DNA from: Octopus sinensis
Taxonomy: Eukaryota
Length of the DNA stretch: 64,000 nucleotides
Reading direction: 5' to 3'
Assembly (NCBI RefSeq): GCF_006345805.1
Contig: NC_042997.1
Location: 127,658,001 to 127,722,000 of the forward strand
In this document: positions 1 through 13,390 of the stretch, piece after piece
Layout: every line of letters starts with the position of its first letter
Position numbering within the stretch: position 1 is the stretch's first letter
The notes under the pieces: model-generated
Databases searched by the model: none
What the model saw: the letters and a program-made list of their open reading frames with translations, nothing else
What the model was told of the DNA's origin: nothing
Made by a program: the position numbers and the translations under genes

Positions 1-28
1 ACATACATAGATATATATATATATATGC

Positions 29-185
29 AATGGGATTCTTTTGGTTTCCGTCTACCAAATTCACTCACAAGGCTTTGATCAGCTATAGTAGAAGACACTT
101 ACCTAAGGTGCCATGCTGTGGGACTGAACCCAGAACCATGTGGTTGGTAAGGAAGCTACGTACCACACAGCCACTCCTGCACCTA
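29..185 (-). mobile_element. tRNA-derived SINE family A, 5' half
   Basis: Reverse complement matches the family head ggcgcaggagtggctgtgtggtaag...ggttcagtccc (A/B-box-like) seen in more than 10 copies in the window. Confidence 0.85.
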
Positions 186-437
186 CATCATCTTTCTTTC
201 TTATACCAGTGGCTCTCAAACAGAATCCATATGACCCTTGGGGGTTGGGGTCCATATAAGATTTATTTTGTTCTTAAAATTTATCTGCAATAAATAGTTT
301 ATACTTCTTTGATACACAAACTATTTCAACAAGTTTTTATACAATTCTTAATAATATTCAGTCATAAAAACACAGCTCAGTTAAGACACATATCCAGCCC
401 AGTTAAGAATACCCCTGATACATCCTGCGATATGATA

Positions 438-765
438 TGCTTGAGAAGACCTGTTGAGTCAACTAAAACGAATATCGTAGCTGTGGTCAGTGCCCTCTGA
501 CTGGCTCCCATGCGGGTGGCACATAAAAAGCACTATCTGAATGTGATTGATGCCAGGCCCACTTGACTGGCTCTTGTACCAGTGGTATATAAAAAACACC
601 CACTACACTCTCAGAGAGGCTGGCGTTAGGAAGGGCATCCAGCTGTAGAAACATTGCCAGATCAAATTGGAGCCTGATGCAGCTGCTGGCTCTCCAAACC
701 TCAGTCAAATCATCCAACCCATGCCAGCATGGAAAATGGACATTGAACGATGATGATGATGATGA
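438..765 (+). mobile_element. SINE family E (internal ~60-80 bp sub-repeats, (GAT)n tail)
   Basis: Starts tgcttgagaagacctgttgagtcaa, contains ggcgttaggaagggcatccagctgtagaaac, ends ccatgccagcatggaaa...(gat)n like many other copies here. Confidence 0.85.
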
Positions 766-914
766 TAACAACAGCAAATGGCTATGGAGATCCAGTAGGG
801 TAAAGTAGAAAGCAAAGGGGCCAATAGCCAAAAAATGGTTGAAAATCACTGTTCTATATTGTGGCTCACTTCCTTAATTCTCACATTAACCATCCATTCA
901 CTTGCAGGTGAAGT

Positions 915-1172
915 AAAGGTAAAGTTATCTGCTTGAGTCATGCCGACTCATAAGTATACCATGAGGCTGGTTTCCCAGTTTCGTGGCATATATATTCCTT
1001 CACCTGGATGGGACACTGGTCCATCACTGGCTTACTAATTTTTGCTAGCTCAGTGGACTGGAGCAACATGAAATGAAATGTTTTGCTCAATGTGTCAACC
1101 GGTCTAGGAATCAAAACCACAATCTTATGATCATGGATCCAGCACCCTAACCACTAAGCCACACACCTCCAC
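915..1172 (-). mobile_element. tRNA-derived SINE family C (central domain resembles Nin-type SINEs)
   Basis: Minus strand gtggaggtgtgtggcttagtggttaggg...gttgctccagtccactgagct; homologous to 1418-1565, 28148-28567 and 33100-33426. Domain name is from memory. Confidence 0.7.
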
Positions 1173-1179
1173 AAATTAC

Positions 1180-1565
1180 CCTCTCAAGTCATACTGACTC
1201 ATAAGAGCCAATTTCCAGGTTTCCATGTCATATAAATTCACAGGATTTATATGCCATGGAAACCTTTTTCAGTTCATCTAACTTCTAGAAACAGGGTGCA
1301 TAAAAAATTTTAATTCTGTATGTAGATTCTATTAAATTTTTAAAATGAAATGTATTTTGAAAAACACCGACCTTATAATCACTCAATGTGTGTATACATT
1401 TTTTTGGGACACACTGTGAATTTTTGCCAGCAGAGTAGACTGGAGCAACATGAACATACATTGTGTCTTGCTCAAGAACACAATGTATTGACTGGTCCAG
1501 GAATTGAAATCACAATCTTATAATCATGAGTCCAACATCCTAACCACTAAGCCATGCACTTCCAC
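1180..1565 (-). mobile_element. SINE family C copy interrupted by a ~180-bp Tc1-like fragment (~1240-1417)
   Basis: SINE tail at 1180-1240 and head at 1418-1565. The insert ends tttttgggacacactgt, resembling a Tc1-type terminus (cagtgtgtccc). Confidence 0.5.
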
Positions 1566-2081
1566 ATTTACCTGCAGAGCTATCCTTTTCTCCTTAGAAA
1601 CTCAGTTCTCTGTATATCTTTCTCAGGTCAATATCTGTGATCAAGCTGAACATCAACCGTATTGCTCTCCTCTGTGTGGAAAAAAGTGTAAAAATCTGGG
1701 AAAGTCATAGGTAGCACCTTTTCCACTCAACAAAGCCATAAAAATCGATACTTTCTCTGAATTCAAAGTATTCTTTGCTGCATAGCATTTAGCTTGGTGT
1801 GTAGCGAAAAGAAATCTTTTATTCATGTTGAAGAATAACTCGCTTCCATCTCAAAGATGGGTTATACAAAATATTAGAAGGCATCTCTGATCGTAATGTT
1901 TTCAGTGTTATTACCTGTAATTGTTATCTTCAATACAAAACATTTCAAGGATGAATATAGATTTTAGATCTCTTCTTAGAAACCTACAATCTGTCAGGTA
2001 TATGCTTATGTTTACTAGTTCGCACATTCACATGTTCACATACAAAACACAAAATATAGGTGTGTGTGTGTGTATATATCC

Positions 2082-2116
<35 letters not shown>

Positions 2117-2452
2117 CATACATACACACACACATATATACAGATATACATATGTATGTATGTATGTACATATATATATGTATATAAGTATGCATGCATG
2201 TATGTATGTACGCATGTATGTTTGTATGTGTGTATAGTTTACCGTTCTGTTAAGATCAACAAAAATGTACTCCATCCAGTGAGAGATAAATATTGTTTTA
2301 TGTACACAGTATAAAGATATGAATGTTATATGTATCTATAGCTCTGTGTGTGTGTGTATATGTATATATATATATATATATTATATATATATGTATATAT
2401 ATATATATGTATATATATATATAATATATATATATATATTATATATATAATA

Positions 2453-2492
<40 letters not shown>

Positions 2493-3647
2493 CGAGAGAG
2501 ATATGCACATACATATAAACATATATATATATAGATACATATATACACATATACATATACATACGTATATACACACGCACACACATGTATATGTATGTAT
2601 GTATGTATACACTGAACATACGCACACATATAATTATATATATATATGTATATGTATTATGAGAACCACTCCTATGCCATTATTATTTACGGCTGACACA
2701 CAGTTTATCTTATTGTTCTATCACATCAGACCTATCTACAGGACACAATATTCAACAAATATCTTAATCTGATATATCTCTGAGATAATCCTCTTTCTGG
2801 TTACACATGTCTTACACCTTTGGTTGCACATTAAATATTAAGTAGAACTGAAAGCACTTAGAATGTATATGACCATTTTGCTTCAGAGGCATTATTATGT
2901 ACCAGATGACATGGCTATAAACATGTTCTACTCTTTTTTCTATATGTCTAAGTTTCTAGTCTACTGGAAATAAGGTTGGACAACTGTCTTGCTGATGACA
3001 GGTATTGAGATAGAAACACATGCCCACAACTGTCCTCTAATCACCAAACAATAAGCTTGTCCTTTTCCTTAAAGGCATGTCAATTTTAGAAAAATTTTGA
3101 TTCCTGGGCTTATCTTCCTTTCTCAGGTTAACCTGGTCTCAACTGGCATTTGATCGCTATAATATGTCCTCTAGAGCTAGGGATAATTTTAATAAATCAA
3201 CCATTTATGTTGCATGGTATTTGATCTACTTGTATTCATTTTATATTAGATAGATATGTATATATATATATATATATATAATATCCAAAAATGGGACAAG
3301 TACACAAAACATCCAGACAGTTATGTGAAATAAAAAAAAAGGAAAAAAAAATATCCAGACAGATGATACAAGGAAAACAAGGAGGACGGATCATTCGGAG
3401 TTTTTTATCCTCAGTCGAGTTCCAGATTATCTTTGCAATTTTGGTTGGTTATACTCGAGATTGCTCTAATCTGGCCAGCCCCAAGGAAAAAATAAGCTAA
3501 GAGCATTACATTCCTTGGAAGAAAGCAACGAATGTATACAAAAACAAGGACGGAAAAGAAAAACAAAACAGAAATGTTACACAAATACAAATAACAGGAC
3601 ATAACAACAGGTGTCCTTCGACTACAGACGAATTAAATTAAGCTGGC

Positions 3648-3739
3648 ATGTGTGGAGCTCAGTCGATAGAGTATCAGACTTTTATGTACTGTCGAGTGAT
3701 GAAATCTGGTGGTTGCGGGTTCATGTCCCTCTACGGGCG
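3648..3739 (+). pseudogene. Intron-containing tRNA-Lys(UUU)-derived sequence with damaged 5' acceptor strand
   Basis: D arm GCTC-AGTCGATA-GAGT; anticodon arm TCAGA-CT-TTT-A[19-nt insert 3685-3703]A-TCTGG; T arm GCGGG-TTCATGT-CCCTC; 3' acceptor TACGGGC-G. Close to the eukaryotic tRNA-Lys(TTT) consensus. Confidence 0.8.
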
Positions 3740-4143
3740 ATAAAATTTTAACACTGGTGCATCAGCATGGCTGCAGCTATGAGCTGAAACTACAGCAAAA
3801 AAAAAAAAAAAAAATCATTATCATTTAAACGTGTTTTCTGTGCTGGTATGGATAACTTGACAGGGATTGATCAAGCCAGGGACTACATCAGGACCAGGTT
3901 CTCCTAGTTTGTAATGGCTTGATGCCAACAGCTTGATGTGTTTCCTAATACTGGGCACATTTTATGTGACACCATCACCAATACGTGGCACCAATACCAA
4001 TGCTTCTATGCTACATCTTGATTTTAGGACACCAGTTCTGTTGTTGATAGATGGATCTTGTTGAGTACAGCAATGTGCCACACAATACACACACAGACGC
4101 ATATAATTACACACACACATATATATGTAATTATATATGTATG

Positions 4144-4210
<67 letters not shown>

Positions 4211-4420
4211 GTATATATATATAAATGCAAAGTGTGGGGGTTTAGTTCACAGGTGATCTAAATGATTAGGTACACTAAGTAAGTGTTGTAATGGATTACT
4301 GGGGCTCCAAGGTTATAGTTGAGACGGTAGTTGTGGAGCCATTGCAGATTTCTGATGCCCGAGATTTATAATTGTTAAACAGGATGTCAAACATCTCAAG
4401 TCATATACAATTTCTTCCTT

Positions 4421-4517
4421 ATTACAAAGAATAAGTCCTGGGGTCGATTTGCTCGACTAAAGGTGGTGCTCCAGCATGGCCACAGTCAAATGACTGAAAC
4501 AAGTAAAAGAGTGAAAG
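4421..4517 (+). mobile_element. SINE family A, 3' fragment
   Basis: ttacaaagaataagtcctggggtcgatttgctcgactaaagg...gactgaaacaagtaaaagag matches the family tail. Confidence 0.85.
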
Positions 4518-4908
4518 GGTAAGGATTGAGGGTGGAAGACCAAAATCAGCAGATGTGAGTGGAGTCAAGAATTGATGAAGATGAAAGAAGCTAAGAATAG
4601 GGGAAGAGGAGAGGTTGAGAGTTTAAGGCAAGGAAAAAGAGAAGGGGAACTCAATTAAAGAGGAAACATTAGTTGGTGAGAGAAAGAGTGCATTCCCTTC
4701 ACATACACTCACACGCACACGCACACATACAGAGTCATACGTACACAAACGGTCATACATATAAACGCACAGATGCTGTTGGTCAGAGGAAGCCCAGGGT
4801 TACTATATCCTTCAAAAGGCTGAATTATTTGACCACCAGTCTTAAATACACATTCATAAACTCCTTATTTATATATATATGTATACACACACTGTGACTG
4901 ACATACAT

Positions 4909-5218
4909 GTAGAGGCACATGGCACAGTGGTTAGAGCAGCGGACTCGCGGTCAAAAGATCGTGGGTTCAAATCTCAGACTGGGCGATGTGTGTGTTTATG
5001 AGCGAAACACCTAAGCTCCACGTAGCTCCGGCAGAAGGTAATGGTGAACTTCTGCTGACTCTTTCACCACAACTTTCTCTCACTCTTTCCTCCTGCATCT
5101 TGCAGCTCACCCGCGATGGACCAGCATCCTGTCCAGGTGGGGAACCTATACGCCAAGGAAACCAGGAAACTGGCCCTATGAGCCAGGCATGGCTTGGGAA
5201 GGAACAAACAAAACAACA
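4909..5218 (+). mobile_element. tRNA-derived SINE family B, full length, 12-bp TSD
   Basis: A box tggcacagtgg and B box ggttcaaatc; TSD actgacatacat at 4897-4908 and 5219-5230; second copy at 9440-9745. Confidence 0.9.
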
Positions 5219-6218
5219 ACTGACATACATAGTTGTATGAAGACAAAAACCAGAGCAATCCTTTAGAGATACAGTACCACATTGAAAGCTAGCTCCACAT
5301 GTAGAAAGAGATAAACCAATACAATCCTTCAGAGATACAGTCCTATAGTCAAAGACAGACTCTCACAGTGTGTTGCATTCAAAGTGACCACCCAACATCG
5401 TTACAGATAGAGCAACACAATGACTTAAAGATAGACCACCACAGAATGAGGTGAGAGTAGACCATTAAATAAATTAACGACCAATGAAAACCTTTGGTAA
5501 TTAGTGTCGGCTTATTCAAATCTTCGTGATTGTTTTAACAAAAACTGATTAAAATTGAATTAAAAATCTGTTCACAAAAAACTTAAAATATCTTCAATGA
5601 GAGAATGAGAGAAGAAGGGAAAAAAATTAAATGTAAAAAAATTAAAATGAAATAAAAGCAACTAAAAAAAAACTTGTTTGATATAAGAAGAATAACAAAA
5701 AAAATGAGGAAAAAGATAGAAACAATTCTTAAAAATCAATTAAGCTGAATCAAAATCAAACTCAAATAATTTGGATGAAAAAAAAAGTCTATAAAGTTAA
5801 TTAAAAACTTAATCCAAAAATCAATAGCTAATCTTATGTTTCTCCTGGCTTTTATAATTTTTTTTGTTAGTTGTGGGTGGTGGCTAAAGAAATGGTGAGA
5901 CATTAGCAGCCTCTCTCTATCTCTCTTTCTCGGTCTTTCTCTCCATCCCACTCTCACTCAATCTCTCTTTCTCTCTTCATCTCTCTTTTGCTCTTTGTGA
6001 CTCCCCCTCCACTGACACATTACACATACAAAATCAGTTGTGATTTCAGCTTATTTCATCACATGTCAACGTTTGTTGGTCCCCCGCAAAAAAAAAAAAA
6101 ACCCCAGCTTCATCTCTCCTTTTGTGCACTGTCTTTCACATCAGCAACTCAGATTATCTCTGCTTCTCTTTTTCTCTCTACTTCTCTGTCTGTCTATCTG
6201 TCTATCTGTCAATCTGTC

Positions 6219-6274
<56 letters not shown>

Positions 6275-6302
6275 TACTCATGTCTGTTATAACATCGCTC
6301 TC

Positions 6303-6304
<2 letters not shown>

Positions 6305-6361
<57 letters not shown>

Positions 6362-6372
6362 AAATAATAATA

Positions 6373-6446
<74 letters not shown>

Positions 6447-6520
6447 AATAATAATAATAATAATAATTATAATAATAATAACAACAATAATAATAATAAT
6501 AATAATGATAATAATAATAA
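6305..6520. repeat. Compound (AAT)n-(GAT)n-(AAT)n microsatellite
   Basis: Directly visible; it generates the poly-N/D/I/M ORFs. Confidence 0.97.
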
Positions 6521-6934
6521 GTCCTCCCGTAGTGACACATACAGTTCAAAAGTAGGAGACAAATGTTAGATATAGGAAAGTTTTATTCAATACTAATCAG
6601 TTTATACAGAAAGCCATAAAAAACAACAAAACCACACAACACAGAACTAACAAGAGTGAGAACCAATTAACACATGCAGTGTGGAAACAGTTGCTAGAGA
6701 CTTGTGTTAAAACAACATACTATGATGTGGGATAAACTGTGTACTAAAAAATCTATATATATCTATGTGTGCACATGTGTGTGTGTGTGAGTGTATGTGT
6801 GTGGGTGTGTGTGTGTGTATGTGTGTGTGTGTGTGTATGTGTGTATGATCATGTGTACGTACCTTTGTGCATCTAGGCTTGTGTATATGTGTATTTGTTT
6901 GTGTATGTATTTACATATTTGTACATTTGTGTGG

Positions 6935-6966
<32 letters not shown>

Positions 6967-7056
6967 ATAATAATAATAATAATAATAATAAAAATAATAA
7001 TAATAATAATAACAATAGCAATAATGATAATAACAACAACAAAAATAATAATAATG

Positions 7057-7113
<57 letters not shown>

Positions 7114-8774
7114 TGAGGGAATAAGGTGTTTTTTCTAATTTATATATATATATATATATATTTATAAAAGTACATATACATATCTGTGTATGCAGGTGTG
7201 TTTATCTCTGTATTATTGCTTGCGTGTATGTTAACGTACGTATGTGAGTGCATGTTTATATGTATACGTACATATTTGTATGTTTATGTATGTGTGTTTG
7301 CATACATGCCTGTATGTATGTTGATTTCTGTATCTGCAGCTATGTACAAATGTTTGCAAATATATGTATATATGTGTATGTGTATCCATGTATATTTATG
7401 TATCTCTGTGTGTGTATGAGTGTATATATTTCCACATTTGCATTTATATGTGCATATGTGAATGTTATGTATATGAAATTATATGCATATATGCACATAT
7501 ATGTATGCATATACATGTATGAGCATGTATATATTTGCATATATATATATATGTGCATGTATGTGAATATATATATATGTATGCATATGTATGTGCATGT
7601 ATGTATTTGCACATATATATGTGTATATGTATGTGTATATATGTATATATATGTATGCATGTATATGCAAGCATGTATCTGCTTCTATGTGTATATGTCC
7701 TATGTGTGTATTTTATAGCTTTGTGTTTTGTGTTAATTAAATTATAGTTTTAGATCCTCCAACTTAATTTCACTTTATGTTGTTCCCTCTGTAATAAACA
7801 CCCAATTAAAATACACCAGAACCAGCCTCTACTTGATCACTCAATCTGCTAGAAATAGCAGCCAAATCACTTGCAAATGACACCATACCATTTCAAAAAT
7901 AGAATAACACATTGCATATTGTAGTCCCATGAGATAACCAAAACATTTATGAGATTTTTTTTCATAGTAAGTCTTGAATGTTTATTAAATGTTTATTAAA
8001 TGTCTTACTCATTGGTTTCAAATTTTGGCACAAACCAGCAATTCTGAGGAAGCAGGTAAGTTGATTACATCAACCCCAGTGTTCACTCTCTAGGATTTTA
8101 ATTTTTTGAGCCCAAAAGTATGAAAGCCAAAGCTGGTCCTGGCAGCATTTGAATTCAAAATGTAACAACAGAAGAACTGCCTCTATTCATTTTTCGAACA
8201 TGTTAATATTACTACCAGCTCACCACTTAAAAAAATGTCTTGTTGAAAGAAGGACTTTTCAAAGTCACAACTCTTTCTCAAAGAAGAATAAATTTATTAA
8301 TCCCAACTCCATAAAATACTTAGCCACCTACTCTTCAATTTGTTTTATTGTAGAACAGTTTGCTTCACATATGATTGTCTAGCAACAGAAACATAGAGAT
8401 TATCACCAGTAGAAATGCAAGGAGAATCATCATCATCATCATCCCCACCACCACCAACATTATCATCATCATTATCATCCCCACCACAACCACCACCATC
8501 ATCGTCATCATCAGCATCACCACAACCAGCATCATGGTTATTGTTGCCATTGTCAATTTAGGTTGCCACTCACCAGAAGGGATGGGTGTCACATTTCTCA
8601 AAAGGAGCAACACCTCTGATCCTGCCACCTAAGACTCCTTGTACCCAAAATGTGGTGGAAGGGGAAGTTCATTGCTGTTGTCTAGTTTTAAATCAGCCCT
8701 GACTTTCTGAGGATGTTGCACTTGTGATTATCTCATCTTTTATTCAAACAAGTTATATCAAGGATCATGCAATT

Positions 8775-8841
<67 letters not shown>

Positions 8842-8919
8842 CTTTTTAAGTCATAAGAAGGGATTTGAGTAGGATTTGCAGCTATTTCTACCAGATAATG
8901 AACCACAATGTATGTCTCT

Positions 8920-9155
8920 TATTTCTTATTTCTTTATTGCCTGCAAGGAGCTAAACATAGAGGGGAAAAACAAGAACAAAGGGATTAAGTCGATGTTATC
9001 GACCCCAGGGCATAACTGGTACTTAATTTATCGACCCCGAAAGGATGAAAGGTAAAGTCGACCTTGACAGAATTTGAACTCAGAACGTAAAGGCAGACGA
9101 AATACCGCTAAGCATCTTGCCCGGTGCACTAACGTTTCTGCTAGCTCACTGCCTT
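8920..9155 (-). mobile_element. SINE family D (MetaSINE-like core)
   Basis: Minus strand has gtcgactttacctttcatcctttcggggtcgataaattaagtaccag, shared with copies at 45679, 56672 and 63106. Resembles the Meta domain (from memory). Confidence 0.8.
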
Positions 9156-9439
9156 ATGTCTCTTGTTGGCTTGTGATGGGTTAGTTCTAAATGATGGGAC
9201 ATTTTGTCACTCTGAGTCATTCCTTACTTTGTGATGCTCATACAAATAATGCTTGGCCTGACACTCAAAATAGCCATTTCATTCTGATAAACAAAGAAAA
9301 ATCCACCACTAGCAAACAAATATAACATGACAAGTACCATGTTCCATGCTCTCAGTAATGGTTTTAATTGCATCTGTCATTGTGAACAGACATCAGAACC
9401 CTCTCGGCATTTGTGCCCTTTTGAGCCAGCAGAACATTG

Positions 9440-9745
9440 TGTTTGTTTGTTCCTTCTCGAGCCACACCTGGCTCATAAGGCCAGTTTTTCCGGTTTCCTT
9501 GGCATATAGGTTCCCCTCCTGGACAGGACGCCAGTCTGTCACAGGTGAGCTGCAAGATGCAGGAGGAAAGAGCGAGAGAAAGTTGTGGCAAAAGAGTCAT
9601 CAGAAGTTTGCCATTCCCTTCTGCCGGAGCCACCTGAAGCTTAGATGTTTCGCTCATAAACACACACATTGCCCAGTCTGAGATTCGAATCCGCAATCCC
9701 TCGACCACGAGTCAGCTGCTCTAAACACCAGGCCATGTGCCTCCA
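9440..9745 (-). mobile_element. SINE family B, full length, 13-bp TSD
   Basis: Reverse-complement homolog of 4909-5218; TSD cagcagaacattg at 9427-9439 and 9746-9758. Confidence 0.9.
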
Positions 9746-9972
9746 CAGCAGAACATTGATGGTATGACAATTGGAGTAGAAAGGGCTGCATGAGTACCAG
9801 CAGAAAATGAGTTACAAGCATTAAATTGGTTCTTATTTCCTGTGAGAAACTGGAGCAATGTGGGATGAAGAGTTTTGCTCAAATATATAACACACAATTC
9901 AGTTGAGGAATTGAATCTACAACCTCATACCTGTAAATCCAACACTTTAACCACTGGACGAGATACATACAT

Positions 9973-10390
9973 AGGCACAGGAGTGGCTGTGTGGTAAGTA
10001 GCTGGCTTACCAACCACATGGTTCCGGGTTCAGTCCCACTGCATGGTACCTTGGGCAAGTGTTTTCTACTATAGTCTAGGGCCAACCAAAGCCTTCTGAG
10101 TGGATTTGGTAGATGGAAACTGAAAGAAGCCCGTCGTATATATGTATATATATATGTATGTATGTGTGTGTATATGTTTGTGTGTCTGTGTTTGTCCCCC
10201 ACCAACATCGCTTGGCAACCGATGCTGGTGTGTTTACATCCCTATAACCTAGCGGTTCAGCAAAAGAGAGCGATAGAGTAAGTACTAGGCTTACAAAGAA
10301 TAAGTTCTGGGGTCAATTTGCTCAACTAAAGGCGGTGCTCCAGCATGGCCGCAGTCAAATGACTGAAACAAGTAAAAGAGTAAAAGAGTA
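9973..10390 (+). mobile_element. SINE family A, full length
   Basis: tRNA-like head, internal (TA)/(TG) tract, 3' stem-loop cagtc-aaat-gactg and (gtaaaaga)n tail. Confidence 0.92.
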
Positions 10391-11139
10391 TAACTTTGTT
10401 ACACACCATTAATATAAATGTAGTGGTTCAACACAAATGTTAACTTATGAGTTCAAATACTGTTAAGTACAGCTTTGCTTTTGTACTTGCAGGGTGCTGA
10501 TAAAATCAAGCAACAGTCAAGTTGTAGGGTTGATGTAATCAGCTCTACCTTTCTCCATCAAATTTGAGAGCTTGTGTCTATGTTAGATATATTTCACACT
10601 TTAGAACTTTCTGCAAAAAAAAACAGTGGTCTTTCTGTTGGAATCATGAGATAGTAACTCTTTTTGATATCAGAATATTCGAGGAACATTCTGCACCAAT
10701 GGACTCCTTTCATCATTCATTTCTGATACTTCCATGTTATCATGCATTCTTTAAACTACATTCTTTCAGCACAAGCAGGTTTAGATATGTCTTTCACACA
10801 CTTCCTTCTATACATAAGTAATCTGTTCACAATTACACACATATACACACACACATGCTCACACCCCTACACAAACCTGCACACATCTGTACACATGCAT
10901 GCATATGTACAGATATACATACAGAAATTCATACACTCATATGTATATATATATATATATATACAATATCTTTGGTAGAAAGATAGTATGACTGTAAGTG
11001 GAGTTATAAAGATGGAAAATTAATAGTGTGGCTATAGGGGAAGAAAAAGATAGGGAAGAGATATGGTATTTATAGAGTATGATACAGAGATATATTCCTG
11101 TTATGTATTATTAGTAAATTCCTCTGCAGCATAGCCTTT

Positions 11140-11240
11140 CAGAATACATATGCACACACATATACATATAAGTATATATACATATACATCTATATATTTA
11201 TAAACATATATACATATGTATTTAAATATATACATATGTG

Positions 11241-11283
<43 letters not shown>

Positions 11284-11473
11284 CCAAAAACGAAATATAT
11301 ATATATGTGTGTATGTGTGTATATATATATGTGTGTGCATGTGTGTGTGTGTGTATGTATGTACATATATATCTTATGAAAGACTATAATTATGTGAATG
11401 TATGCATGCATACATATACCCATATATTTGATATGTGCAGTGTGTATATGCATGTGTGTATGTGTGTGTGTGC

Positions 11474-11510
<37 letters not shown>

Positions 11511-11652
11511 AGTATATACATTTATAGAGGATAAGTATGTTCATGGCTTAACATGAGAAAACATTGAAGTGTTCAGTAAGTGAAAACATAACTCAGTCAC
11601 AAGTACATTTGTCAGTTTGTGTGTCTGTGTGTGTGTGTATACATATATATAG

Positions 11653-11711
<59 letters not shown>

Positions 11712-11845
11712 CATGTATGTGTGTATATTTGTGCATGTATGTATATATATATACATATATGTATATTTATATATGTATGTATATATATACACATATATAT
11801 GAATATATATACACATATATAGGTATATATATATATATATATATA

Positions 11846-11934
<89 letters not shown>

Positions 11935-12045
11935 TATGCAGATATACATATGTGTGTGCCTCTATCTATCTATCTGTCTATACTATGTATGTATTTGTGT
12001 ATATATATGTATACGTCATTATCATCATTTATATATATATGTGTG

Positions 12046-12105
<60 letters not shown>

Positions 12106-12240
12106 GTATGTATGTATGTAGTATGTATGTATGTATGTATGTATGTATGTATGTATGTATGTATGTATATGCATGTGTGTGTGTGTGTGTGTGTGCATGT
12201 GTGTGTGTGTACAGAAATACACATATGCACACACATATAA
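11140..12240. repeat. Compound (TA)n/(TG)n/(TATG)n microsatellite field
   Basis: Directly visible. Similar fields lie at about 2060-2660, 7140-7720, 24200-25170, 29630-29790, 32900-33100, 51160-51600 and 53570-54090. Confidence 0.95.
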
Positions 12241-12813
12241 CATCACATACCATATTAACAATCTCACACAAGTACATATTTATATGAGACTAATAAGCCG
12301 GCAGATTTAAAGTTGATTTTGGTAAAGTCTGATGATGAAATGGTTCCAGAATGAAATAGTATCCTCTCAAACACCACATAAAATTATTGTTTTTACTGTA
12401 GATTTAAGTATAATTTTTAATGCATATTCCTTTCAGAAAAATATAGTTTTAATATTTGATAAATAAATATTTTTTGGTGGAGAAAAGATTGCTATTAAAT
12501 TGAATAAATAAATATAAAGGATTTTTGTTAAAAATTTTGATTTCTTTCAGATAATTGAGCATAATTGAGTATATATATATATATGTGTTGAATATTATAT
12601 AAATTTATTGAGTCTACTTTAAAATCAAACTTTTTTGTTTGTTTTTCATCTTTTTATGTATTTGATAATATATATTTGTAAAAATTGATTTGTGTGTGTG
12701 TGTGTATACATGTGCATGTGTGCGCGCGTATACATACAAATACACACACACACAACACAGATATTTATATATATATATACACATACATATATACATACAT
12801 TTATATATATATA

Positions 12814-13166
12814 TCATCATCATCATCATCATCGTTTAACGTCCGTTCTCCATGCTAACATGGGTTGGACGGTTCGACTGGGGATCTGGGAAGCCAGAAG
12901 GCTGCACCAGGCTCCGGTCTTATCTGGCAATGTTTCTACAGCTGGATGCCCTTCCTAACGCCGACCACTCTGTGAGTGTAGTGGTTGCTTTTCATGTGCC
13001 ACCTGCACTGGTGCCAGGCGAGGCTGGCATTGGCCATGGTCGGATTGGTGCATTTTACGTGCCACCTGCACGGAAGCCAGTTGAGGCGGCACTGGCTTCG
13101 GCCACGATTCGGATGGTGCTTTTTACGTGCCACCGACACGGAAGCCAGTCGAGGCGGTGCTGGCGT
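12814..13166 (-). mobile_element. SINE family E
   Basis: (cat)n cgtttaacgtccgttctccatgctaacatggg...cagctggatgcccttcctaacgcc plus gtgccacc sub-repeats. Confidence 0.9.
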
Positions 13167-13190
13167 ATATATGAATGTATATATATATAT

Positions 13191-13332
<142 letters not shown>

Positions 13333-13359
13333 GTGTGTGTATATATATATATGTATATG

Positions 13360-13390
<31 letters not shown>

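Noticed and set aside
1573-1672. Minus-strand segment with good acceptor and donor
   Set aside because: Stops in all three frames; cannot be supported as coding.
5988-6569. 193-aa poly-N/poly-D ORF and overlapping poly-I/M/H ORFs
   Set aside because: Translation of (CT)n, (AAT)n and (GAT)n microsatellites.
11564-12287. Numerous YI/CV/HT-repeat ORFs here and throughout the window
   Set aside because: (TA)n/(TG)n tracts lack stop codons; no coding signal.
12322-12368. CTGATGA...GAAA-TAGTA-TC hammerhead-like motif
   Set aside because: Neither helix I nor helix II can pair.
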